The position numbers and the translations under genes were made by a program. The notes beneath the pieces are model-generated. The model was not told the origin of the DNA and did no database searches. It worked only from the letters and a program-made list of their open reading frames with translations. A stretch of DNA of 64,000 bases from a virus (lineage: Duplodnaviria > Caudoviricetes): positions 64,001 to 128,000 of the IMG/VR virus record IMGVR_UViG_3300032270_000543; one strand, written 5' to 3'. Position 1 is the stretch's first letter; every line of letters starts with the position of its first letter. This document shows positions 18,391 through 26,369 of the stretch, piece by piece.

Positions 18391-18403
18391 TACCATGATG
18401 AGG

Positions 18404-18514
18404 TCATCCTTTATTTGATTTAGCACGAACCACAGCATCACGCCGTATTTTTTCAACGGCAGTTCGGAGCAATGAATTCTTCAATGCTTGCTTTGGCTTC
18501 GGGTGTTTTGGCAT
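18404..18514 (-). CDS. Small basic peptide (36 aa)
   Basis: MPKHPKPKQALKNSLLRTAVEKIRRDAVVRAKSNKG; GGAGG SD and CTAAATA late promoter upstream. Confidence 0.55.
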   Translation of the reverse strand: MPKHPKPKQALKNSLLRTAVEKIRRDAVVRAKSNKG

Positions 18515-18545
18515 TGTGCCTCCACACTATTTAGGTTTTCTCGGA

Positions 18546-19388
18546 TCAATCTTCGTAGATTGTGATCCATTTCGGTTCTTCGTCGCGGCGCAGATATGCA
18601 GCCTTGGCGAAACACCACTCTTCGCGCTCTTGAATACGATAACCCTTTTTGTGCTTCTTGGCGTAGCGATCAGCGGCTGGCTTATCATCAAAATACTCAA
18701 TGTTACCTGCGTCATCCTTGCCGCCCCACAGACCACTAGAGGTCTTCCACACATCACCTGGCTTATGTGTCTTTGTGGAGTGAGTATCGTCTTCAGCCTT
18801 CTGTTCTTCTGAACTCTTCTCTGGTGTGTCCTTAAAACCAAACACAAACTTGCGGTCTTCTTTTGCGCTTGATCCCTTGCGGAGTTGCGAGAAAAAGTCC
18901 TTTACCTTGTGCTTGGCGAGTTCAAGATTGTGCTGTCCTTCGCCCTTTTTGAAGTGCATCAGAACCTTACCAAGACCTGCCTCTTCATTGGTTCCAATAT
19001 AGTAGAAGTCCTGATCGTCCTTCCACATCACGGAGTGCTGCTGAAATCCGCGACCAAGAGCAACTAGTTGGCTCTTCTTGATGTTTGGAATCAGTAGGCT
19101 CAACTCATGGCAGAAATTCTCGTCGCCCTTGTAGCCGCCACGCAGTTCAATGTAGCCATACCCCGTTGCACGAACCTTCTTCTTTAGTTCAGCATGGCGT
19201 TGAGCGTTTTCCTCGTTTGAGGCGGCGCAGCGCATTGCACTCAAGATTCCAAACTTCTTGCTGTCGTCTTCCACATACTGAAACACACGGGAAAGCGAAG
19301 ACTCTACAAGTGGCACCTCGGTGGTGTTCTTGTGGGTCAGTGCTTCCGACAACTGCTGCGCGTTAAGATATTGGGTGAACTTTTTCAT
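18546..19388 (-). CDS. Putative internal head protein (capsid-targeting-like N-terminus; ESSLSR.. domain)
   Basis: MKKFTQYL..LSE start; TAAATA late promoter upstream; ILSAMR...GYIELRGGY...QHSV domain common in phages. Confidence 0.6.
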   Translation of the reverse strand: MKKFTQYLNAQQLSEALTHKNTTEVPLVESSLSRVFQYVEDDSKKFGILSAMRCAASNEENAQRHAELKKKVRATGYGYIELRGGYKGDENFCHELSLLIPNIKKSQLVALGRGFQQHSVMWKDDQDFYYIGTNEEAGLGKVLMHFKKGEGQHNLELAKHKVKDFFSQLRKGSSAKEDRKFVFGFKDTPEKSSEEQKAEDDTHSTKTHKPGDVWKTSSGLWGGKDDAGNIEYFDDKPAADRYAKKHKKGYRIQEREEWCFAKAAYLRRDEEPKWITIYED

Positions 19389-19800
19389 TCAGAATCTCCT
19401 TCATGCTACGACTATTTATAGGAGAAAGCCCCTCGCCGTGAAGCATTACTCCTTCGTCCGTGGTGTACCAAATCTCGTCAAAGCAGCCCACGCACCACGG
19501 CATACAACGGAAACACGGGCGGGACATTCGCATCTGCCCAAACCGATTAAAGCGGATATTGAACAGCGTCAGCCCCCGCTTCCGCTCCCCAAGTTTCAAA
19601 AATGCGTCAAGTTCGGAGTGCATTTCTCCAAACAGGTAGCCGTGCTTGACGGCTTCGGGATGCGTCTTCAGCACATTCGAACCAACCGATTCAATGCGAC
19701 CCTTGTACAGGATAATTGAGATGTGCTTCTTGGGACGCGGGATCTCCAAGCACATGGGATACGCAAGGCGCAGAAGACGCTGAATCTGTTTTGCGTTCAT
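19363..19800 (-). CDS. Cytidine/dCMP deaminase-like protein
   Basis: HSELDA and SRPCFRC zinc-binding motifs. Confidence 0.8.
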   Translation of the reverse strand: MNAKQIQRLLRLAYPMCLEIPRPKKHISIILYKGRIESVGSNVLKTHPEAVKHGYLFGEMHSELDAFLKLGERKRGLTLFNIRFNRFGQMRMSRPCFRCMPWCVGCFDEIWYTTDEGVMLHGEGLSPINSRSMKEILNEKVHPIS

Positions 19801-19850
19801 AAAAAACGCCTTGAGGGATGTTTCACCCGCAAGGCGCAAAGGGGTTCAAA

Positions 19851-20237
19851 TCACTTCTTACCGCACGGAACGCGGCAGTCAGCAACATCGTCCTGCACAC
19901 GATCCAGCGTCATCCAAATGCCATTGACGCGATCATTAAGGTCGCGCGCGGCTTCGTCCTGAACATCACCGATGCGGCGATAAATGGCATCGTTCTCCTT
20001 GCAATGAGAATCATTCACGCCGTTGATGTATTCGTGAAGGTTCTCAATTGTAGCCTTCTGCTTGCCAAGCACATAGAAAATTGCAGTGGTGCAAAAGAAT
20101 CCATAGAAACCAAGGAAAGCCACCAGGGCGTTGTTGTCCGTGGACTTTCCTGCAAAATTCAGCAGAGCAACGCCACCAAAACCAACAACCGCAATCGCGG
20201 CATACGCAGTGAAAACAGAGGTCTTATTGTGGAACAT
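19851..20237 (-). CDS. Membrane protein with coiled-coil C-terminus
   Basis: Two hydrophobic segments; AAGGAG SD. Confidence 0.6.
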   Translation of the reverse strand: MFHNKTSVFTAYAAIAVVGFGGVALLNFAGKSTDNNALVAFLGFYGFFCTTAIFYVLGKQKATIENLHEYINGVNDSHCKENDAIYRRIGDVQDEAARDLNDRVNGIWMTLDRVQDDVADCRVPCGKK

Positions 20238-20324
20238 GAGTTCTCCTTTATGGGGGTGTAAACCCAAAGGGGTGGCTACGCCAAACGGTCGCAGCCACCC
20301 CAAGGGCAATCAGTGGATCAACGA

Positions 20325-20600
20325 TTAGGCGTTGATCAGGTAGCGCGTACCGTCCTGCTTGAAGCCGTACACACGATCACCATCGTGGGTGTCTTCCATG
20401 CCGTAGACAGTCTCACCGTTCTTGACGGACTGAGTGATCTCCCAGTTGCCGAACGCTTCAACCTGCGAACGGATGTCGCTGACCATCGCGCGGAAGTTCT
20501 TCACACCGAACTTGTTCTGCGCCTGGCTGGCGGTGAGGGTCTTGCCCGAGGCGAGGTAGTTCAGGACGCGACGACGGTTCGAAATCTTGGTAGTAGCCAT
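20325..20600 (-). CDS. Winged helix-turn-helix DNA-binding protein
   Basis: RVLNYLASGKTLTASQAQNKFGVKNFRAMVSDIR pattern; strong codon bias. Confidence 0.7.
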   Translation of the reverse strand: MATTKISNRRRVLNYLASGKTLTASQAQNKFGVKNFRAMVSDIRSQVEAFGNWEITQSVKNGETVYGMEDTHDGDRVYGFKQDGTRYLINA

Positions 20601-20676
20601 TACGAAATCTCCAATAGTGGGCTTTAGAAAGTTTACGCTTCGGATGCAGCCCAACATCCTTCGGCGTTTCGATGTC
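20601..20676 (-). promoter_or_regulatory. Pseudoknotted 5' UTR (riboswitch-like candidate)
   Basis: ACGC-cgaa-GGATGT[TGGGCT]GCATCC-gaa-GCGT; loop TGGGCT complementary to AGCCCA just 5' of GGAG SD. Confidence 0.5.
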
Positions 20677-20679
20677 CTA

Positions 20680-20707
20680 ATTGTAGCAGGTCTACGGTGA
20701 GTGTCAA
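20680..20707 (-). promoter_or_regulatory. Sigma70-like promoter
   Basis: TTGACA-N16-TACAAT. Confidence 0.8.
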
Positions 20708-20741
20708 CCCCTACGAGCGGTTTTCCATTATTTGTTTTGGA

Positions 20742-21224
20742 TCACCATCCAAAAATACGAGCGGCGATGCCGAATCCCAACACCACGATCAGCACAGCGG
20801 TACTGAACGCAATTCCAAAAAGTAGAGGATGAGCAAACGCAAACTCCTGAATTTCAGAAATGCAATCCTTCTTTTTGAATTTAGAAATAAAGTCATCGTA
20901 GACTTCATGCGCTGCATCAGTCCAACCATACTTGGAACTCTTCGTCCACTCAACATCTATGGGAATCAGTGGTGTAGAACCACTCTTGGGAAGTTCGGGT
21001 GCAGGAGGAGTCCACGAAACAACTTTGGAAACCACCTGCGAGACAACCTGTGGATCGGTGTCGCCAAGGAACTCCGCAGCACTGCCTTCGCGCCAAACAG
21101 TGTTGATTGCTGGCTCTGTAGTAATCACAGCCTCGGGCTTCTGTGCGCGGGGATTGCGTGTCTTGGGAGCATCAGTCTTTTTGATGCGTTTGCTGACGGG
21201 CTTCTTGATCTTCTTCTTTGCCAT
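20742..21224 (-). CDS. Hypothetical protein, basic N-terminus, C-terminal TM helix
   Basis: ORF track; AAGGAAAC SD. Confidence 0.65.
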   Translation of the reverse strand: MAKKKIKKPVSKRIKKTDAPKTRNPRAQKPEAVITTEPAINTVWREGSAAEFLGDTDPQVVSQVVSKVVSWTPPAPELPKSGSTPLIPIDVEWTKSSKYGWTDAAHEVYDDFISKFKKKDCISEIQEFAFAHPLLFGIAFSTAVLIVVLGFGIAARIFGW

Positions 21225-21243
21225 TTGTGTTTCCTTTGTATCG

Positions 21244-21316
21244 TGCCTTGGGCGGGGTTCGAACCCGCGACTTAGAGATTAAAAGTCTCTTACTCTACCA
21301 ACTGAGTTACCAAGGC
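21244..21316 (-). tRNA. tRNA-Lys(TTT)
   Basis: GCCTTGG...AGAGA CT TTT AA TCTCT...GGTTCGAACCC. Confidence 0.93.
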
Positions 21317-21322
21317 GATGTG

Positions 21323-21562
21323 TCAGTCAATACTGTCCCAAAGCGTGGGAGCCTTGCTCAACTCCATGATCTTCTGCTTGTGCATCATTTCACCAAGCAC
21401 TAGATGGAGGCGGTCAATCAGGTCTTCCACCTCGTCAATACTGTATGTATCCACAACTTCAACCGTATCAACTCCCTTGATGTGGAGGCTCGGCTCATCG
21501 GGGCGATGTGGATTGATTGTAATGAAAAGATCCATGTTTGGGTGCAGTTCTTGCTTGCTCAT
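21323..21562 (-). CDS. Hypothetical protein
   Basis: AGGAG SD; fills gap between tRNAs. Confidence 0.65.
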   Translation of the reverse strand: MSKQELHPNMDLFITINPHRPDEPSLHIKGVDTVEVVDTYSIDEVEDLIDRLHLVLGEMMHKQKIMELSKAPTLWDSID

Positions 21563-21577
21563 CTGTGTTTCTCCTAA

Positions 21578-21649
21578 TGCGGGTTGGGAGAATCGAACTC
21601 CCGTGACGGGTTTGGAAAACCCGCGTAATAGCCTCTATACGAAACCCGC
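21578..21649 (-). tRNA. tRNA-Gly(TCC)
   Basis: GCGGGTT...CGGGT TT TCC AA ACCCG...GTTCGATTC. Confidence 0.92.
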
Positions 21650-21865
21650 TTATCGTGATCGTTCACTGATGCGCCGTGCGCGGCGCAGGTTCTCTGAATC
21701 AGCACTGTCAACCATAACCAGTTCAGGGGCAGTCTTGTGCGACCAATCCATGAATCCCACGAATGTGGTGGAGCGCGAACACTTCACACAGGTAGTAGTG
21801 TGGGGCAGAGCCTCTAGACGCGCAGGGGGAATCACGGTGTTGCAGGTGTCACAGGTGCGTGGCAT
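21650..21865 (-). CDS. TraR/DksA-type C4 zinc-finger protein
   Basis: CDTCNTVIPPARLEALPHTTTCVKC matches DksA/TraR zinc finger; GGAGG SD. Confidence 0.8.
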   Translation of the reverse strand: MPRTCDTCNTVIPPARLEALPHTTTCVKCSRSTTFVGFMDWSHKTAPELVMVDSADSENLRRARRISERSR

Positions 21866-22065
21866 TACCGTGCCTCCATAACGAAAAGACTGCTTTTCAC
21901 TGCACGGCACTGCTGACGGAATTCGCCGTCTAGCCGCGCCTTGCGCTCCTTGTGGGTACGCTTGTTGAAACCGAACGGCTTGCACTGCTGCTGCCGTCCT
22001 CGGGCTACTGCTGCGCCCTGCCGCTCGGCTTCAATGTCTATGGGGTCTAGAACTCGCTTTGCCAT
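21865..22065 (-). CDS. Small basic hypothetical protein (leaderless)
   Basis: ATG 6 nt after TATACT of promoter 22072-22099 (TTGACA-N16-TATACT). Confidence 0.65.
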   Translation of the reverse strand: MAKRVLDPIDIEAERQGAAVARGRQQQCKPFGFNKRTHKERKARLDGEFRQQCRAVKSSLFVMEAR

Positions 22066-22128
22066 GCACACAGTATAGCGTGTGCGGCGGGAGTGTCAAT
22101 GGGAAGAAGCGATTCCTGATTATTTGTT

Positions 22129-22386
22129 TTAGGCGAGAACGCCGCCCGTGAGTCCTGCGGCAAAAGAAACTCCCCAAACACGAACAGGGAATATTTCAGT
22201 GGTGCTTGCGCCGACTACTACACGAGTTTCTGCTGTTAATCCATTTGGGCGATAAGTAATAAAACCTGCGGTAAGACCAGCACCCGTATTATTTGTAAGA
22301 AGAACAGCCTTGGACTTACCAACGGCAGCCGCAGCAGCACCAGCAGCATTTGGAAATTGGGTAAATTCGTTGAAAAGGTAACTCAT
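22129..22386 (-). CDS. Small Gly/Ala-rich virion-type protein
   Basis: MSYLFNEFTQF...IFPVRVWGV; GGAGG SD, TACATA late-like promoter. Confidence 0.6.
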   Translation of the reverse strand: MSYLFNEFTQFPNAAGAAAAAVGKSKAVLLTNNTGAGLTAGFITYRPNGLTAETRVVVGASTTEIFPVRVWGVSFAAGLTGGVLA

Positions 22387-22414
22387 GCGATTCCTCCGTA
22401 TCCAGTATGTATAA

Positions 22415-22440
22415 AAGAAAAGGAGCCTTGCGGCTCCTTT
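22415..22440 (-). terminator. Intrinsic terminator of tmRNA gene
   Basis: AAAGGAGCC-gcaa-GGCTCCTTT followed by U-tract. Confidence 0.85.
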
Positions 22441-22772
22441 AGCCCATTCAGATGCGGGAGGGCTAGTCCCCACGGCTTCAAGCCGCCATTGCCAGTTTGT
22501 TGGCAATCATGGTTGTAGCAGTTTTTTTAACGAGGATCCACCACACGCCTCGGGCATCTCCTGCTTCAGTACTCCGCACCAGTCGATTCCTTATCGACCC
22601 CGTAAGTCCCGAAGCCTAGGACTTCGGGAGATGCCCCCGCTGCACACGGAGGACTTGACTGCGGGAAGAGGCGGGTGATGCAGTCACTCCGCATTCGCGC
22701 ATCTGAGTAATGGAGTCGGGGGGATTCGAACCCCCGTGCTGTATGCGTTTTCGTCCACGATCAACAATACCA
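22441..22772 (-). ncRNA. ssrA: Circularly permuted (two-piece) tmRNA
   Basis: Acceptor piece ending GGGGGTTCGAATCCCCC-CGACTCC-A (22711) precedes 5' piece GGGGTCGATAAGGAATCGAC (22601); G3:U70, A73; tag frame ANKLAMAA* at 22504-22478; outer ends approximate. Confidence 0.88.
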
Positions 22773-22779
22773 TTTGTAT

Positions 22780-23130
22780 TTAGTTCGTCACAACTTCTAC
22801 ACGCACCCAATCAGGACTGATGAGTTCAGAAGAAGGAACCGCAGCCATCTTGATTCTCTTGATGATGCGTAATTCGTCTTCACCAACAACGCCATACGAG
22901 AACAGGCTGTTGCCAACCTTTACTGTAGGACCACCATCAAAGTCCACATAGTTGATGGTGTCGTCACGCATCTCTTCGGGGTGCATGGTGTTCCACCCGT
23001 TGCGGATGGTTTCACTGCTGCCCTCGAACCAGTAGGTGGTGTTGTTCACTTTGGTGATCCACCGAATCTGTCCTGTGGTTCCACGAACATACCACTGACC
23101 CTGATGCTTCTTTGGCTCTTTTGTTTTCAT
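22780..23130 (-). CDS. Hypothetical protein
   Basis: ORF track; VDFDGGP motif shared with 33832-34236 (IDFEGGP). Confidence 0.65.
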   Translation of the reverse strand: MKTKEPKKHQGQWYVRGTTGQIRWITKVNNTTYWFEGSSETIRNGWNTMHPEEMRDDTINYVDFDGGPTVKVGNSLFSYGVVGEDELRIIKRIKMAAVPSSELISPDWVRVEVVTN

Positions 23131-23552
23131 ATAGACTCCATCATTTCACTCTCATTGTAGATGGTTTTCCAAACAGGGAGTGGCACAAACACATTTTCTC
23201 CACGCTCATCATCCCACACCCACCACCCACCACACACTTCCGCGCAGTACAGTAGAATCTGTCCTTCTTCGGTGTTCTGCCGAAGAGCAAGTGTCCACAG
23301 GTAGTGTTCAAGCCCAATGATCCAACCAGCAGAATACTGTTCTTCGCTGATGTCACGCATCACGCGGAGGAGGATTCGCTTGTGTATTTCTCTTGCGGGA
23401 AGTTTTCCCTTTGCGGGTGTTCCCTTTGGTGGCTCGTCCTTTGGAGCCAAAGGCGGCTTCCCAATTAGTCTCCCAAGCCACGCGATCAACCTTGCGATAA
23501 GAGTCACCTTTTCCTGCGCCATGAATACCTTCCATTTCTGTAGTCCTTTCAC
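23127..23552 (-). CDS. Hypothetical protein
   Basis: MRDISEEQYSAGWIIGLEHYLW...GGWWVWD; start uncertain. Confidence 0.55.
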   Translation of the reverse strand: MKGLQKWKVFMAQEKVTLIARLIAWLGRLIGKPPLAPKDEPPKGTPAKGKLPAREIHKRILLRVMRDISEEQYSAGWIIGLEHYLWTLALRQNTEEGQILLYCAEVCGGWWVWDDERGENVFVPLPVWKTIYNESEMMESI

Positions 23553-23605
23553 ATATAGTCACAGACGGAGTTCCCCGTCTACAGTATGTATCGCATCAGA
23601 TTATA

Positions 23606-24238
23606 TCAGCGGCGGCGGCGAGTTGTACCAATAAGTCCACCGATTGCCAAAAGAGAAATTGCGCCAGGTGCAGGAACCTCGTTTGCACCGAATCCGCACC
23701 AGTCAATCAGATTTCCAATAGTGGGACCACCTGCTGCGGAAACGGCTTCAAACGCAAACCGTGTGGTGTTGCCGATTGAAATAACCGATCCGTAGTTGAC
23801 TTCCCACTGCCCTGTGCCTGCCGAGAACTCCTGCGTGAACAGCGTGAAGTCATCGCCGCCGTCCCACTGCTGATCTGCACCAAGATCCGTGATGGTGAGG
23901 CGCATGGTGTCTACACCCCAACGCCCACGGTGTGCAAAGTGCCAGTTGATGCTGTTGTTGTCACCAAGCCCACCAACATCTTGATATAGAGTGGAAGCGT
24001 ATGTAGCGTTCAGTTCGGCAAAGTTGTTGCCGTGGTACGCTTCAACGCCTTCAGTCCAACTAGACCAAATCTCAAGTGTGTTGTCCAAAGCCGTGGTTGC
24101 CCAACCGTAGTGGGGATCACCACCGTCAAAATACGAATAACTGTCAGCAGGATACGATTCAAAACTGCCGTCTACGAGATCCGCAACTGCGGATGTGGTT
24201 ACAACCGAAGCAGCAAGTGCTGCGAAAACCGTCTTCAT
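23606..24238 (-). CDS. Secreted PEP-CTERM-type (PAPG) sorting-signal protein
   Basis: Signal peptide MKTVFAALAASVVTTSAVA; DGSFE...AELNA beta-sandwich; C-terminus VPAPGAISLLAIGGLIGTTRRRR. Confidence 0.85.
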   Translation of the reverse strand: MKTVFAALAASVVTTSAVADLVDGSFESYPADSYSYFDGGDPHYGWATTALDNTLEIWSSWTEGVEAYHGNNFAELNATYASTLYQDVGGLGDNNSINWHFAHRGRWGVDTMRLTITDLGADQQWDGGDDFTLFTQEFSAGTGQWEVNYGSVISIGNTTRFAFEAVSAAGGPTIGNLIDWCGFGANEVPAPGAISLLAIGGLIGTTRRRR

Positions 24239-24254
24239 CTCTTTTCCTCTTTCC

Positions 24255-25091
24255 TTATGCGCGTCTGCGCGTATTTACTATTCCGCCCACTGCAAACACT
24301 GCAATGGTCGATGGCGAAGGGGTGGAGATCGGCTGCACCGATCCCCCGCCACCCATACCGTAGTAGTCACCAAAGCCGTAGTTGTCACCCAACGCAATCG
24401 TTGTGGAATAAACATCAAACGGTAAAGTGCTTGGAGTCAGGAATGCCGCGTAGTTGTCTGCTGGCAGTTCTGCTGATGCAATCTCGGGCATCAGACTTTC
24501 GGGAGTTTGCGTTAAAGCCTTCACAGGGATTTTTGGTTTCTGTACAACCACCGAAACCTCGGCGGCTTCGCCCTTGCCGTCCCCTGACGGCTTTTCCTTG
24601 AATGCTTTTGTGATATCGCCGCTGCCCTTGTCCGCAGCAGCCTGCTGCGTCATTGGTTCCTTGGAGCGATACGGCTTCCAACCGCCCATGCTGATCTTCT
24701 CGCCGCCTTTGCCGTCCTTGGGCTTGTCCTTGTCCGTGTTTGCAGGTGCCGCAGGAGCCGATGGTGCGGCACCGCCTCCCCCACCGCCCATGATTTTTTG
24801 TTGTATGCCCTGCAAGAAACCTAGTTTCTCGCCAATCTTGGCAACCGCGTCCTGACCCACAACCGTTGCTCCAACAGCCGTAGCCAGTTGGAATGCAATG
24901 AGTTGTTTCTGCAACTTTTTGAGTTTGCCGTCAGACTGTTCAGCCCGTTCCAACGCCTCACGCTCTCGCGCTGTGCGTTCTGCTTCCCGTGCTTCTTGGC
25001 ATTGCTTAAGTCCCTCGCGGAGTGTGTCCCGCTCGGCATTCTTTAGTTTTTCACAATCACACGGCGAATCCTCGCTGTGTTTGTGTGCCAT
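24255..25091 (-). CDS. Protein with PEP-CTERM-like C-terminus
   Basis: Coiled-coil N-terminus, low-complexity middle, ends TPSPSTIAVFAVGGIVNTRRRA. Confidence 0.65.
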   Translation of the reverse strand: MAHKHSEDSPCDCEKLKNAERDTLREGLKQCQEAREAERTAREREALERAEQSDGKLKKLQKQLIAFQLATAVGATVVGQDAVAKIGEKLGFLQGIQQKIMGGGGGGAAPSAPAAPANTDKDKPKDGKGGEKISMGGWKPYRSKEPMTQQAAADKGSGDITKAFKEKPSGDGKGEAAEVSVVVQKPKIPVKALTQTPESLMPEIASAELPADNYAAFLTPSTLPFDVYSTTIALGDNYGFGDYYGMGGGGSVQPISTPSPSTIAVFAVGGIVNTRRRA

Positions 25092-25585
25092 CGTTCCCTG
25101 TCCTCCGTAAAAATTGGGATCAGGACGAAAAGCAAAAACTCCCGTGAAACTATTTATGTCTCACGGGAGCGCGAAGCAGCGGTTAGCCGCAATATTTACT
25201 TCTTTTGTCGGGTCTTGGGCTTGCGCCATGCACGATTGCACAGGCGATCCACCGCTGTGAACGACAGTGCAATCACAATGCCGCCCATGAAGAGTGCCAA
25301 CAGGTTTCCGAATGCGTTATCAATGTTCATGCTTTTCTTCCTTCTTTATCAACCGCTTCCAATCGTTCAGAGATCGGTACGCGGATCTGAATAGAGCGAG
25401 GGTGAGAGGGGTGTATCCAATGCGACCGCTCTTGTCGCGCCGATACTTTTCAAGTCGCGGCAGGTCGCCGCATAAGTCATCAAAGGCTTTCGCCAGTTCC
25501 CGAAGGGCTTGTAACTCTTCCGCTTCCCGATCTCGCATGGCTTCACCTCCATATCGTACTCCGTGGTGTGTGCCGCGAGAGGGGA

Positions 25586-25798
25586 TCAACCCTGCGGCTT
25601 GGCAGAGAATCCAAACGGCTGCGCGGGGACAGCGACCGCAGGGCGATCAAGCCCCGCCACCGCGTTCTGCACAATCTTGTTGATCTGCTCGTTGAAGGTC
25701 ATGTTGTTCGCATGAGCCATCTTTGCGATCTTCAGGAACTGTGCGTCCCCAATGTTCATGTCAAGAGTGATCTGTGTGGTTTTCTTTGGCGTAGTCAT
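25586..25798 (-). CDS. Small hypothetical protein (ribbon-helix-helix-like)
   Basis: FLKIAKMAHANNMTFNEQINKIV; GGAG SD. Confidence 0.6.
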   Translation of the reverse strand: MTTPKKTTQITLDMNIGDAQFLKIAKMAHANNMTFNEQINKIVQNAVAGLDRPAVAVPAQPFGFSAKPQG

Positions 25799-25801
25799 GG
25801 T

Positions 25802-26098
25802 TTAGTCTCCGATCTTCTTGCCCTTCAGTGCCAGCATTGCAATTTCACGCGCACAAGACGAAACAAGCAGTTCAGTGGGATCAACACCCCAATCCAACAC
25901 CGCTCGCTTCACCAACTTATTTAGGTCGGAATCGCGGTCAATTGTCTCACGGACTTCAGGAATGTTGTCCGCACCCATTTCAAGAATTCCGAAAGCCCAC
26001 AAGCCATCGCCCTCGTAATCAATGAAAGCCACCTGATCGTTTTGCGTGTTGTAGCCGCTGCTGTTGCTGTCGTAGGAGTTGTAGTTGTCGTAGTGCAT
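25802..26098 (-). CDS. Hypothetical protein
   Basis: ORF track, consistent strand and codon usage. Confidence 0.6.
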   Translation of the reverse strand: MHYDNYNSYDSNSSGYNTQNDQVAFIDYEGDGLWAFGILEMGADNIPEVRETIDRDSDLNKLVKRAVLDWGVDPTELLVSSCAREIAMLALKGKKIGD

Positions 26099-26112
26099 GG
26101 TAGTTTCGTAAA

Positions 26113-26183
26113 TAGGCGGTTCAGGTGTCGATCCTGAATGAACCTGGTATAAGCAGGTCTGCGAAGCCGTCCGCCCACCGCCC
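26113..26183 (-). tRNA. Atypical tRNA-Ile(TAT)
   Basis: GGGCGGT/ACCGCCT-A acceptor; GCGG/TCGC D stem; ACCTG-CT TAT AC-CAGGT; TCAGG-ATCGACA-CCTGA T arm. Confidence 0.75.
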
Positions 26184-26369
26184 AGTGGATTAGTTAACGC
26201 TTGACCACAGAGATGAACAGCGTGAGTGTGAGCAGCACGGACGCAATAGCCGTAGCAGTCAGCATCACGGTGACAAGAATGCTCTCAATGTCATCGCGGG
26301 TGTAGCACGGAACTGGCGCAGTCTTCTTTGCGGTCTTGCTCTTCTTGGTGGTCTTTTCAATCTGAATCT

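Noticed and set aside
22387-22810. N-terminal extension of ORF 22129-22506 and ORF 22616-22810
   Set aside because: They run through the tmRNA and its terminator; the real start with SD is 22386
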